Below, in pieces: positions 1 to 13,228 of a stretch of DNA of 64,000 bases; within the stretch, counting starts at the first letter, position 1, and each line of letters starts with the position of its first letter. The notes beneath the pieces were generated by a model that ran no database searches, was not told the origin of the DNA, and saw only the letters and a program-made list of their open reading frames with translations. The stretch is from Harriotta raleighana. Lineage: Eukaryota. The stretch is from contig JBNZDD010013596.1 of the NCBI GenBank assembly GCA_050575255.1, positions 1,700,284 to 1,764,283 of the forward strand. The letters are read 5' to 3'. Made by a program: the position numbers and the translations under genes.

Positions 1-32
1 AGTTTAGAAATTAGATTCATAGCTACAAATTT

Positions 33-352
33 ATAATAATAATCCTTGCTTTTGATATAGTGCTTTTCACATCTTATCAACGTCTCAAAGAGCTTCACAC
101 AATATACTGTAAAGTGAATTGACTGTATATTTGTGAGCAAAATGGGCAGCCAATTATTCACACAGTGTCCCACAAATAGTCGTGGATTGAAATGACCAAT
201 TTTTTTTATTATTGTGTTTTATTTGGGATGGATTATTATTAGGCTTTTGGAGTAAGGAAACTTACCCAAGGTTTCGCCTTGATCTGCCTGGATTCGAACA
301 AAGGTCTCATGCTTGTAAAGAGAATGCTCTAACCACTGAGCTACAGGAGCTC
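33..352 (-). mobile_element. tRNA-derived SINE (Deu-like body, L2-type tail)
   Basis: Minus strand has A box TAGCTCAGTGG, B box GTTCGAATCC, the shared family body and an (ATT)n tail. Confidence 0.88.
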
Positions 353-2705
353 CCCATGTACACACACATACATACACACACACATATACTGTATATAAAC
401 ATTTATGGTTTTTTTCAAAAAAGGCTTTGCCAGAATCGGAGATGTCTATCGATGTTGTGTTAAGAATCTCAACAGGGTTAAGGTTGGGTGTCCTTTCAGG
501 GAGCTGTAACATATGCACACACACACACACACACACACACACAATTGCACGCATGTACACACACGCGCGATCTGTGGACAAATTAGGTAAGTAGGAGAGA
601 GAGAGAAAATTTCTTCTTCCAGAACTTCCTGGTCAAGCCATTCATAATCCTATGTCTGTTGTCAAATTTCTGTCATATATACATTGAGGGTATAATTACA
701 CCTAGATTTACTCCATTAACATCACATTTTAGACCCTCCAGAATTTTGCAAGTTCTTCAATGCAAACATAATTTTCAAGCTAATTTGCAAGTCTTCTTAC
801 AAATAACAGAAAATTGTCTTCAAAATTTCAACAATTTGCCAAATTCTGGACACTCTAAAATACTGTATAGATTAAATCTAGACCTAGATGGAATTTTACT
901 TGACTTGTTTATTGAATGGCTAATTGTGATGTTTGGTATTCTCCTGAGATACTTTTCTGCAGTAATATTTTCCAAAAATGTATAATTCCACTTGGATTTT
1001 CAAATATCTGACATATATTCACCTACAAAATATACAAATATAGTTGCTAATGTGCTGACAAATATCATCATTCTAAATAANAGTAATATTTTCCAAAAAT
1101 GTATAATTCCACTTGGATTTTCAAATATCTGTCATATATTCACCTACAAAATATACAAATATATTTGCTAATGTGCTGACAAATATCATCATTCTAAATA
1201 AATACCATCTTCTGCTTTACAATAAATCCTGTGAAGCATTTGGAGATATCCTCCTGATGTGAAAGGTGCACCATCAAATGTAAGGNATCCTCCTGATGTG
1301 AAAGGTGCACCATCAATAATTAATATGATTACGTATGTGGTGCATTTATGAAGTATCACGCAGGGGAAAAAGTTCACATGGCATATAGTAGTATTAGACA
1401 TGCTTAACGCACGTATTGTGAATTTTATTTTATAAAAGAAAAATAGCCATCAGCAAAGAACCTCTTACATCCATCACCTGTTCCCATCTGCTATACACCT
1501 TACCATCAACTCAGCCTCAGTATCAAGCAGATTGACAATGAGGGGAGCCATCTAGTATTAATCAGGACCTGCCTCTTCCCAATCCTCCCCTGACACAATC
1601 CCGACACTTTTAGACCATGGAACGCTTCTCTCCTTGTGTATCATGCAATAGATTATAGCAATCTTCAGCAATCTTCAGTACTTTCGTGGGCTCATACTGT
1701 GGCAGCAGCGCTGTACTCTTCAGTGCTGCTTCAAAACCCCAGAAATGTTCTCAAGATAATACTTCAGCACAGAAAAACCAGAGGAGAAGATTGACCAAGG
1801 AAAAAAAACATTTGCGAATAATATCACGACTCCCAACAATAAGATTTGAAGTGACATTCTACAATTAAAGTATCTTGTAAAACATTACATTAGGTCAGTA
1901 AATAGAATCTAACATGATGCAAACTGACCTTTGATTCTTACTGAAACTACAAATAAACTACACTCATTCACAGCAAATAAGAAACCAATATTTCCCCAAT
2001 AACAGCTGACTTTTCAGTGTAGATTTTTCTTAAGACTTCTGTCTGCTCCAAAACTCCCACCAATCTCATAATGGCTATTTAAGAAGTTACAAGTTAGCTA
2101 TCTTTCAGGATTGAATGCTCCAATTGATTAATTCACAATTTTTTTCACTTCTGAAAAAGCAGTGTGTGCTTTCTATTGATTATTATTGTATTATTATTAT
2201 CTGAGTCCAATTGCTTACAATGGCATGAATGTTGGCACTTGAGCAAAGTTTGGTGGATGTGATACCATGGCACACGGTTGACCAAAGAATTGACAGTTGG
2301 CAATCTCACTCAGAAAAGCTTATAAAATGCCTGGTGCTGAGGTTTAATTTACCAGAGATATCCTCCTGACATGAAAGATACTATCTAAATGTCAATTGTA
2401 TTGTATTGTACCAGATCATTAAAGGATCAGCACATACCAAACCCTGCACATACCCGAATGTGACTTTTATAGACTCGCCCAAACTACTCGTGGAATCCAT
2501 TCACTTTTCTGACTTTCTTGAAGTCAAACAGATAAAGGCTCCCATAGCAGCATCCCGGCAGAGATCCAACGAGTGCAAGTTGCATCGAAGTTTGTACAGT
2601 ATTCAATATTTTCAAATAACTCCCTGCCCCCTCACCCTTGCTCAGGATCCAACCATGTCCTTTTCAAGAACTTTCAGATGTTATCCTGCATGAAGAGTGC
2701 CATAT

Positions 2706-3060
2706 AATAATAATCCTTGTATCTGAAATAGTGCCTTATAACATCATTGAGTCACATGAAATCGCTTCACTGAACACATTGCAAAGTGGATTGATTTGAC
2801 TGTATTTTGTGTGTGAAAATATAAATGCAAGTTGTATTTACGAAACTGGCTGACCACCAATTCTGTATAATAATAATAATAAAATTGGTCATTTAAATCC
2901 ACGACTGTTTGTGGGATCACTGGCTGCTGCGTTTCGTCCACAAATATACAGTCAAGTCACTTTATATTATATTCTGTGAAGTGCTTTGAGACGTCGATAA
3001 GATATGAAAATCGCTATATCAAAGGCAAGAATTATTATGATTATTATTATTAGTATTATT
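2706..3060. mobile_element. Two partial SINE copies in opposite orientation (about 2706-2815 minus, about 2870-3060 plus)
   Basis: Both match the 3' half of the SINE family. Confidence 0.7.
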
Positions 3061-3878
3061 AAGTATTATCAGTATTATTATGGACCTTTCCCTGGAGTTG
3101 GGTTTAAGACATTTGGGGTCTTTACTTCTTTCTTAATATAAAGTGGTGTTACTAGCATTAAATAAGATGGGTTGCAAAAATTGATGGTAGCACCTTGCTA
3201 TGCCTTTGAGATGTTTCAAAGTGTTTTCCAGAATATAATGTATTGTGAAGTGAATTGACTGTTTATTTTGTGGCCGAAATAGGTTTTAATTAAAATTGAC
3301 TCATGTTAATGTACATGAAAAATCCTCAAATCATTTTTGTTGTGGAATAAAAACTGGTAATTCTGTAAATATTAATTAGACTGCATTAAATGTATCAGTA
3401 TCTTAGGGCATCTTCCCAACATGAAAGGCATTTTACAAATGTAATTTTGTACTTTATTGTATAAACTGTTTTGTAAGGACTCATTGTTAGTTTGCTCAGT
3501 GCTTTCTGTATCTTTGGGCAGTTATAATCCCAATATTTATTTAGCACTTTTATGTTTTCTATGAACATAGATACAGCAACAACACTTTACCTTTATATAG
3601 TGTCTTTCAAAAAGTTTTGTTTTGTTTTTCTTGTTTTGTCTCCCACAATGGGAGGACACCTAATGCAGTTCACACAGCTGACTGGGCGAGCTGATATAGA
3701 AAGGCTAGACAGGTTGGCTTCGGAAGCAATTACAATTGTAAATAGGGTGTAACTCAAATCTTCAGTTGTAAGTCATACTCATAAATTCATGTGTCTACAC
3801 CTAGGCAAAAGTTGCAGGCACAGACTGACTATAACTTATTCTCTGTTCTTGCACTAAGACTTAGTGATGGGTACCATT

Positions 3879-4270
3879 CAACAACAACAACAACAATAAA
3901 ATAACATTTACAGAGCGTCTTTTACGTCGGGAGGACGTCCCAAGGCACTGAACAATCAGGCCGGGACCCGAGCAGGGGCGGTGGGGGTCAGAGTAGGGGG
4001 AAGGGATAGGAGAGTAGGAGATGGGGAAGAGTTAAGAGGGGAGCAGAAGGCACGGTCGAAGAGGAAGGTCTTAAGACCAGCCTTGAAGGAGGAAAGGGAG
4101 GAAGTGAGGCATAGGGATTGTGGGATGGAGTTCCATAGTCTTGTAGCAGAGGGGCTGAAACCCCCACCGATGGTAGGGCGGTTAGGGCGTAGGACACGGA
4201 GCAGGCCAGAGCCAGCTGAATGGAAAGGATGGGCAGGCTGATAGGGAAACAGCAGGTTGAAAGCTATGAG
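3879..4270 (-). mobile_element. L2 LINE 3' fragment
   Basis: Translation ...HSAGSGLLRV...FSPSATRLWNSIPQSL...SFKAGLKTFLFDRAF, then the shared tail ending in (TTG)n. Confidence 0.88.
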
Positions 4271-4859
4271 CGACATATAGCGTGGCTGGTGGAGTTCACC
4301 TTCATTCAGTGGCTGTATTTTTAGTGTTTTAGAGGCTTTGACAAAAGAAGGGAAGAGTGAAAAGGGAACTTGGAAATTTCTTCAATTTGCCATTTTTCAG
4401 AAAATTAACATTTACGTTACATCTGCACAAAACCAATCTTGTCTCATGTTTTGATATATTTTGTCTGTATTACATGATACATGACAAACTACGTTAGGAT
4501 CTGAAGAGACACTGTAGGATTTTCTTAATAAGTTTACAATAGTTTTGCAAAGAACCATTACAGTGTGATTCTAATTTGGGCTCCTGTGGATGGCTGATCT
4601 TGTGGAGTGTGTGTGAATATACCTGAATACCCTACGGCTTATCAAGATTCTACATCTGGACGTGTCCACTTGCCCCCCAGCACTTTGTTTTTGCAAATTG
4701 TCTTTACAGGGCAAATGGTCATTGGCATAGTTTGCCTACTCTCTCATAATCAAGTACTATCTTCCACTGCACGAAATATCTCAACTTGTGAAAATCAACA
4801 TGGTTGATCTTTCCTGTAAAAGAACCACACAAAATGGGCAAAGTGAGAGCAGATGAGCT

Positions 4860-5028
4860 AGTTTTAAAAGAGAGGTAGACATTTATTTGGGGAGGACGGG
4901 TTTGCGCAGTTATGGGGAGAGAGCTGGGGAGTGAGATTAAATTGCTCTTTTTAAAGAGCCGACACAGATTCGATGGGCCGAATGGTCTCCTTTAGTGCTG
5001 TAAGATTGTATGAGCCTATGATTCTATT
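4860..5028 (+). mobile_element. CR1 LINE 3' end
   Basis: FKREVD..L..G...YGERAG translation, GATGGGCCGAATGG 3'UTR motif and CTATGATT-type terminal repeats. Confidence 0.8.
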
Positions 5029-5265
5029 ACAGGAGGTGGGGGTTGGTGGGTACGTTGAGTGACTTCACCTCCCAGTTTGAAGTAATGAAATACATTAGAG
5101 CATTCTTAGAGGAACAAATAAGACACCAAAGTAGTCAACAACAAAGAATTGACAAGTAACTTTGTGCATATCCAATCAAAAGTCGTTAAATGACCCATGA
5201 TTAATGATTCTTCTAATGTTGAATTACAGATCACTACAGGTCATATAATAAAAAGAAATAGAAGA

Positions 5266-5553
5266 AATAATAATAATCCTTGATATAGTGCTTTTCATGT
5301 ATTCTAGACATCTCAAAGCATTTCACAGAATATACTGTTAAGTGAATTGACTGAATATATGTGGGCAAAACTCAGCAACCAATTGTACACAGCAGTATCC
5401 ACAATCATGGATTGAAATTACTAAAAAAAAAATATGAAATATTATTAGGCATGTGGAGTAAGGAAACTTGCCAAAGATTTCATCCTGCCTGGAATTGAAC
5501 CCAGGTCTCTCATTTGTTAGGCGAGTGCTCTAACCACTGAGCTGTAAGACTCC
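5266..5553 (-). mobile_element. tRNA-derived SINE
   Basis: Full head, body and tail as in the copy at 33-352. Confidence 0.88.
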
Positions 5554-5734
5554 ACCCACTGAGCTGAAGGACTATATATTTTAATACAACATTAAACAAA
5601 CCATTTGACAGTTCTTCATGAGAGATACAACCTAAATAGTTTCTATGTCTTTTCTTCATATACCAAACAATTGAACATTTGACTCAATAAAATCTTTTAT
5701 GTACTTAAGTTCTTTAAGTTTACCGGTGAAACAA

Positions 5735-5965
5735 CTATAAGAACATAGGAACAGGAGCAAGTCATTCAGCCCTCTAAGCCTGTTCCACCATTTAATTAAA
5801 TCAGCTAATTTTACCACAACTAATCCTTTCAATTCCAATTTCCCACTTTCTCCCCAAATTCCTTAAGATTTTTAAAGAAAATCTTACCAACCATATTTTG
5901 GTAAGATTTTCCTTTCCAAAAAGCTATCAACCTCATTCTCGAAGGTTTGGATGGATCTAGCATGT
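5735..5965 (-). mobile_element. Degenerate CR1 3' end
   Basis: ATAAGAACATAGGAACAGGAG...CATTCAGCCC is a typical CR1 3' terminus read in reverse. Confidence 0.6.
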
Positions 5966-6819
5966 CCAAACATGTCTTCCAATCTTTTCCCTTTGTTGCT
6001 TTTTGGTAAATTTTACATCTTACCTTGTATTGATTTGATTTTATAGTGAAAGGCGCTATATAAATGTAAGTTTTGATTGATTGATTGATGTTAATTTACA
6101 TCATTTGGAGTAGACCAATCAGTGCATTTTGTCTACTTATTTTTCACTACCATTCCGTTATTAACTTTTGAATGGCTTTTCTTGCCCTAAATATCAATGT
6201 CAGGTTTGATTCTTGAGGAAAACAAAACCTTAGGCAAATTTCCTTACTAGACAAACTCTATTTACCCAGCAGTAAATAGGAATCAGTTGTTAGTCGATTG
6301 GCAAATTGTTTTCTAGAGGTAATATTCACTCTGCTCCCCCCAAAAAAAATTGGTCACTCAATCTACAATTATTTGTGCGACAGTACTCTATGCAATTAGC
6401 TGCCGCATTTTGCCCACAAAGTACAGTTACAAAATCATTTTATAACATAGTCTTTGAATCACTGTTAAGGCATCTTCATTACATGGTAAGGCACTACATC
6501 AAATACAACAATTATTATTATATCAAAGTGTCCTAGCCTGTTCATACCTAGTCCTCAGTATGATACCACAAAACATGATTTTTAATTAAGCCAATCAACT
6601 GTTGAGCCCGACTCCAACAACAACAAGTTTGATTTATATAGCGCCCTCCACACCGGACGGTGTCTCAGAGCATTTGCTCTGCTTCTGACTTCAATGAAGT
6701 GAAGTCAGAAGCAGGAAGTTTCTTTAGCCATTAAATATATCTTCAAGTCCTCTACCCTAAATTATTTAATTGAAATCAACAGCTGCCCATGAATTAGAAT
6801 CCAAATAATAATAATTAAT

Positions 6820-7170
6820 AATAATCCTTAACTTTGGCATAGGCATATTTAATGTCAGGAGGATGTCACAGGCTATACTGTACTGTAAAGTGGAGTGACT
6901 GTTTTTGTAGACATAGTAGCCCATTTGCTCAAAGCAATGTCCCACAAACACCCATGAAATAAATGAACAAATTTCTTTAGAGGATTGTTGACCAGGTCCC
7001 CAGGAAAAACCTTCTCTTTTTGAGTAGCACCATAGAATCTTTAATGTTCACTGGATCAGACCTCAGATTAATCCTTCAGGATGGCATTTCTGCCAATGTA
7101 ACACATCCCCAGCATTGCATTGGAATGTCCACCAAGCTTATGTGAGTTAAAGTCCGGATATGGGGCTGAT
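6820..7170 (-). mobile_element. Older SINE with a longer Deu-type core (SacSINE1/AmnSINE-like)
   Basis: CAATGTCCCACAAACA...CCATAGAATCTTTAATGTTCAC...GATGGCATTTCTGCCAATGTAAC...GCATTGGAATGTC resembles recalled Deu-domain SINE sequence. Confidence 0.55.
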
Positions 7171-9959
7171 CATAGGGACAACTGGTACTGCAAGTTAATT
7201 TACACTTGGCAGAGAAATTGTGGAAATTGTTAATGTGAGCAAAGTGTTTGGATGGAGCAGATTGCTTTTCAGTGCATAGATTGCACGTTTGACATTGAGA
7301 TGTGGTCAATTTTTTTAAAAAAAATTCCCTTTCTCATAGTTTACTGACTTTCATCTTCTTCATTCCAAGGGAAATGTGTAAGATCCGTTTAGGTTTTTCA
7401 GTGGGTGAATGCCATGACATAAAGCGCACAGAATGACTCATGATGCAGGGTGAAGGAGAAAATGGCCAGTGCCTTGCTTCATTTCCTTAACTGAGCATTT
7501 CTATAACATCCTAAAATTGCCGTGGAAAGAGTTGCTTCATATTTTTGGCAGGGCGACTGCCTAAGCCACTCCCCCATAGCAGTTGCTGGGGCACAGTGGG
7601 CAGTTGAGGTGACTTATGAAATTCACGCTCTGATTGCTTTTGCAGCCTATAACTTTCTTACTCTCCAAACGTTAGTGCAAAACAATGGAATTATTGAATG
7701 CATAGTATTCTGTGTTAAAATTGCAATCATATACTGTACATTCATTTTTCCTCACCAGAATTTCCACCCCTGTGAGTAACAAATTTCATGATGTGTGATT
7801 ATCTTGCCATTTCCCAATACAAGTGCACATTGTCAAGCTCATTACACTTAGCGGCCTGAGGAATTTCACTCCCATTGTTGTGGCAGAGTTAAGAAGCCAT
7901 ATTGAGACCATAATGTATTGACCCAGGAGTGCTTGATGCTGACATTGAGAATAAATACTGTATCAATCAAATAATTCTTGCAAACACGGAAATCAATCAA
8001 ATGACCACAGCGTCCTGGTTCAACCACTTTTCCTAGTAAACTACTTTCAGTCATGAATTACCCTCTGTGTAAAAAATATGCTCTGTGTAAAATGACTACA
8101 CACTGGTGAATTATAGGCTTACTTTGCAGAAAAGTAGCTTTCTGATGTAAACAGGAAGAGAGCAAGATGGAACCACGTTGCATAAAATAACTTTAGAAAA
8201 TATAAATAGTCTCCAAAGGAGAAGTTTACAGGTTTATTATTGCCACTGTCATCTGATCAGCACTTGTTTCTGTTATTTCATTTGCTCAAGATCATAAATT
8301 TATTTTACTTAAGTATTATGCTCCAACTGTTTCAAGGATCATAAAGAACATTCAGCACCCATGACTTGAGAACAAATTTTTGGTATATGAATGCACATGT
8401 CTGGCCACAAGGTCTAATTAGATTATAATGGATGTGATGAGAATTGTGTGGATATTAATCAGGGAAATTGGATTTGCAAATAATAATACATATCAATTAT
8501 TCTGAAAATAATAAAAATGTAATAGATGACCATACTTTTTTAAAAAAATGAAATGAATACGGTACATTTCATTTTGAAATAGTAAACATACAATGCTTGA
8601 GGAGAGATTTATATAGATTCTTATAATGCTATACGTGATATGGACTTAAAGAGTTATGTGAGGAATCATATACGAATGTGTCATATGTCTACTTAAGTTT
8701 TCAAACCATCTTGGAAAGCTGCCACTTTGAGAGCAAGGATTATCTTTACAACATGTTTTAACAAAATCAAAATGCAGTGCTTTACGCATCTTATATTGTG
8801 GAATGGGAATAACTAGCATGTTTTTAGCAAGTAAAGAGGTTGCGCCAACCATTGTAATGCGAGGCCTACTGAGATTGCTCCACAATCATGCACTCCTCAC
8901 CGTAGTTGGAAAAACATGTCAGTAATTCCCTGAGTGTATTGTCAAAAGTTCATAACCTGTAACTTCATAATGTAATGCTCTGGCATTAACTTCCATTTTC
9001 TAAATGATTGATAAAGAAGCGTATCCCCTCTATTAAAACAACACACTTCTACAAAAAGCTTTCTAACAGTGGATAATATTCTACTATGTGAAAAGCTCTC
9101 TAAAAGCACACATTGTTGAACATTCACAGCAGGGACTGCTCAAGGATAATACCATTCTGTTGGAAAATAATTTTGGTGCAAAAGTTCTCCAAAGTTTAAG
9201 GAAAGCAAACGCATTTTTGCATAAATGGAATGGTCGTTGGTGGTCCAACTAACAACACACAGCCTGGCCTGTTGGCTGATTTAATTTGCCCCTCCTCACC
9301 ATTCCATGTAGCCTACCAGTAACCCGTGAATGTTGTTATACAATTTGCTCGAAGGGAAACACGAGTATATTGCTTATCCTGCCCTCAGACATTTCTCAAA
9401 TAGTGCATTCGGCACTCAGCAGTCAAAAAGTTGGACAACCCTGGACTTATAGGAGCGTGTTTATCAAAGTTGTGAGGTCAAAATAATTAACCATAACCGT
9501 TTTTTATCATAAGTAGAAAGGAAAGGTGAGTTCAATTTGTATGATTCATTCTGCTTGTGTCAAATGTAAGGTATTTTCTACACAACAGGTGTGATCAACC
9601 AACAAAAATGACCAAAACTAATCTCTCTCTATTTATTCTTCCTCAAGTTAAAATGAGGTGATTTTCTTACTTTGGTTCCACTACACATTAACTAAATTTC
9701 AGAATCAAACAATAAAAAGGCACTCATAAACAATATGCTCGATGATAGTCCTAGAACATTTGGATTCTGCCCTCGCTTCTCTTTATTTGTACAAGCCAGT
9801 TCGCTCTCCCTTTTGTCTTGCAAGCAGAATATCTTGAGAATTCCGCTTATTTGGTCCATAACTCTATCCACTATTTCCATCCCTAAAGATCTCTCATTTT
9901 AAAAAAGTATTTATTGCCCGTTTTTATGTTTGATAATACTCTGGTTGTCTCCTCCGCAG

Positions 9960-10610
9960 ACTCCGCAACTACCGCACCCCCACCGTGCTGCCGAAACACT
10001 CATCTACACATTCATCACATCTAGCCTCGACTACGGGAACTCTCTCCTCGTTGGCCTTCCTAGCTCCTCCCTTCACAAGATGCAGATTATTCAGAAATCT
10101 GCAGCTTGTGTACTCTTCCTCACTAGGCTCCGCGACCACATTACTTCCACCCTCTCCCATCTCCACTGGCGAGACCCAGAGGTTCAAATTTAAGATCCTC
10201 ATCCTCACTTTCAAGGCCATTCATGGCCAATCACTCCAACCTGCTATCTCCCTATCAGGCTGCCCGTCCCCTCCATTCAGCAGGCTCTGGTCTGCTCCAC
10301 ATCCCCCGCCCGAACAGCCCCACCATCGGTGGCCGGGCTTTCAGCCTCTCTGCCCCCACACTCTGGAACTCCATCCAACAATCCCTTCACCTCACTTCCT
10401 CCCTTTCCTCCTTCAAGACTGGTCTCAAGACCTTCCTCTTTGACCGTGCCTTCTGTTCCCCTACTAAATCTCCCCCCTCTCCTACTCTCCTTCCGCCTAC
10501 CCCAACACCCACTGTGTAGAGCAAAGTCGAGGGGATGATTACATCAGCATCTTGGGATGTCTTCCTGACCTGAAAGGTGCTCTATAAATGTAATTTTGTT
10601 GTTGTTGTCT
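9960..10610 (+). mobile_element. L2 LINE 3' fragment
   Basis: AAETLIYTFITSSLDYGNSLLVGLP...HITSTLSHLHW...LWNSI...FKTGLKTFLFDRAF, followed by the tail with (TTG)n. Confidence 0.9.
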
Positions 10611-11561
10611 GTTGTATGTGATTGATGGCTCTCAACGGCTGAATTCATAGGTTCCTTGTCTCAGAATTTAATCACTCTCCCAAATGGGAGGTTTATTCAT
10701 GTTTTTAACCGTAACAATTACAGTAAGTTAATAAAGCTTACATGGATAGAAGAATGTAAGAATCCAGGAAAAGGAGTATCCTAATCATCTCCTCGAATTT
10801 GCTCTACATGTTCATTAGATTGTGACAAATCTTTTAATTCATTCACTTCATAATTTTTAACACTTTTTATTTCCAAAGTGACTGTTAATATTGGAATTAA
10901 TTTCTACCTCAACAGCTTTAGCACTGAGGCAGTGCTTTCCACTATTTGACATAATAGTAATAATAAATAATCCTTACATTTACAGTATACAGCGCTTTCC
11001 ACATCTTATCGACATCTCAAAGCGCTTTGACATAAGACACAAGTTACGTTGTCAGTCTCTATATCTCTCACTGATGTATTTTTAGAAGTTTGTAAAATGG
11101 GGAGAAATGTAATAAAAGTTAAATTGTTTTAAAAGAGTAATAGAGTATAGGGCTATAGTGGATGAAGCTTCAGACATCAATGATGGAAAAGGGGATGAGA
11201 AATGAGCAATACACCAGAATAGGAAGAATAGATACACTGTAAAGTAGGGCTGTAATGTAATACTGAAAAAGATTACAAAGATAAGATGAGCCAAGATCAC
11301 AGAAAGATTTGCAGACTAGATCCTCAACTTGAACTTCTGAAGTACAAATGAATCTTGGTGAAAATTGAATCATGGACCTGATGGGAGCCATGTGAGGAAA
11401 AAACTCACTGTTGTTCTCTGGATCATTTGAAACTTGCAGATAGCAAAGCTGAGGAAGTCAGCAGGGAAAAGCAATGGAAAAATCTATCCTTGAGATGACA
11501 AAAGGCTAGATTAGAATTTCAGGCCAATGGGTGGGGGGAAAGGGAGAGGGGGAAAAATCGA

Positions 11562-11700
11562 ATAATCCTAGCATTTGATATAGCACTTTTCACATCTTCT
11601 AGTCATCTCAAAGTGCTTCACAGAATATACTGTAAAATGAATTGACTTCATATTTTGTGGCTGAAACACAATTTCCCACAAACTGCCATGAGCTGAACAA
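11562..11700 (-). mobile_element. SINE 3' fragment
   Basis: Matches the SINE tail and part of the body. Confidence 0.7.
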
Positions 11701-12924
11701 CCTATTTTATTTGGGGGATCCTAGGCCAAGACAACAGGACAAACACCTTTCATTGGATACATGGATGGGGTTCACTAGGCACCACCAACTACAAGTACTA
11801 ATCTTTTTGTTAACTGGTTCAAGGTACAAAATTCTTCTAGAAACATGCAACAGAAAATGCACATTACCAGACAATAGAACCCTTTATCTGCTGTTTCCNT
11901 TGTTAACTGGTTCAAGGTACAAAATTCTTCTAGAAACATGCAACAGAAAATGCACATTACCAGACAATAGAACCCTTTATCTGCTATTAGAAAGTTGTTC
12001 AGTTTAAACCGAAGAATGGTCAATGACTAACAATGATAATTATCATAACTACCATCAAAGGATTATTGCAGAATGCCAATATGAATACGAATGCTGCAAC
12101 AATCTAGTAGAAGAACAGGCACAAATTCTAACTTCAAAAGTAGTTGTTACACCTTGAAATTGTGGCATATCAGAAATTGCTGCACATTATTTCACAAACA
12201 CAACCACATGGGGGGAAAAAATTGAATGACAAAATATTAATTTTAAACTGCATTAATATTGTCATTTTAACCCTCTCCCCCTAAAAATGAAGTGTACATA
12301 TATCAATGGTTGAGAAACATAAAAGCTTGCAATGAATTTACTGCAGACGTGTTGGGATAAATAGATGGGGGTATTTTTGTTCTATTATTTTATTTACTGA
12401 TTTTGACAAACTTAAATTGTGTTACCAACAACTTGCATTTATATAGTGACCCCTATGTAGGGTAGAGTCCCAGACAATTTAACTTATTTAGTGTTAGGTA
12501 AATATATATTTATTGCAAGCTATTTTCACAACATTAGTTTAAAGTCTATTCGATTAATAAAGAACAGTTCCAACATGACACAAAACATTACATTTTATAC
12601 ATCGTTAAATCTATTAAATGGAAAATCTGAATATCTTCTCTAAACTATCTAACTGACCTATACTGCCCGATTGTCCAATACAACACAAAACCTACTTAGA
12701 TACTGTGAAATTCTTAATTTTAATGAAAATAATCCCAACATCACAATTTACTTATCATTAGATGATTGCTTAGTTACAGTAATCTTGTCATTCTTTAACC
12801 CATTGGAAGCCTAAGACCAGGCTCACTGGTCAATGGAACCCCAACCTGAAGATGCATAATTCCAATCACACCTCAATCATCCTGGGGGAATTCTGTTAAC
12901 AATTCCTACAATAACAATACTAGT

Positions 12925-13228
12925 ACTAATAGCAATCTTTGCATTTGATATAGCGTTTTTCACATATTATCGACGTCTCAAAGAGCTTCACAGAATATAC
13001 TGTAAAGTGAATTGACGTTATATTATGTGGGCGAAACGCAGCAGCCAATTGCGCACAGCAGTGTCCCACAAACAGTCATGGATTGAAATGACCAATTTTT
13101 ATTATTGTGGTTTTTATTTAGATGGGATTATTATTAGGCATGTGGAGTAAGGAAACTTGTCCAAGGTTTCGCCCTGACCTGCCTGGATTCGAACACTTGC
13201 AAGGTGAGTGCTCTAACCACTGAGCCAC
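12925..13228 (-). mobile_element. tRNA-derived SINE with a small deletion in the head
   Basis: A and B boxes, body and tail are present. Confidence 0.87.
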
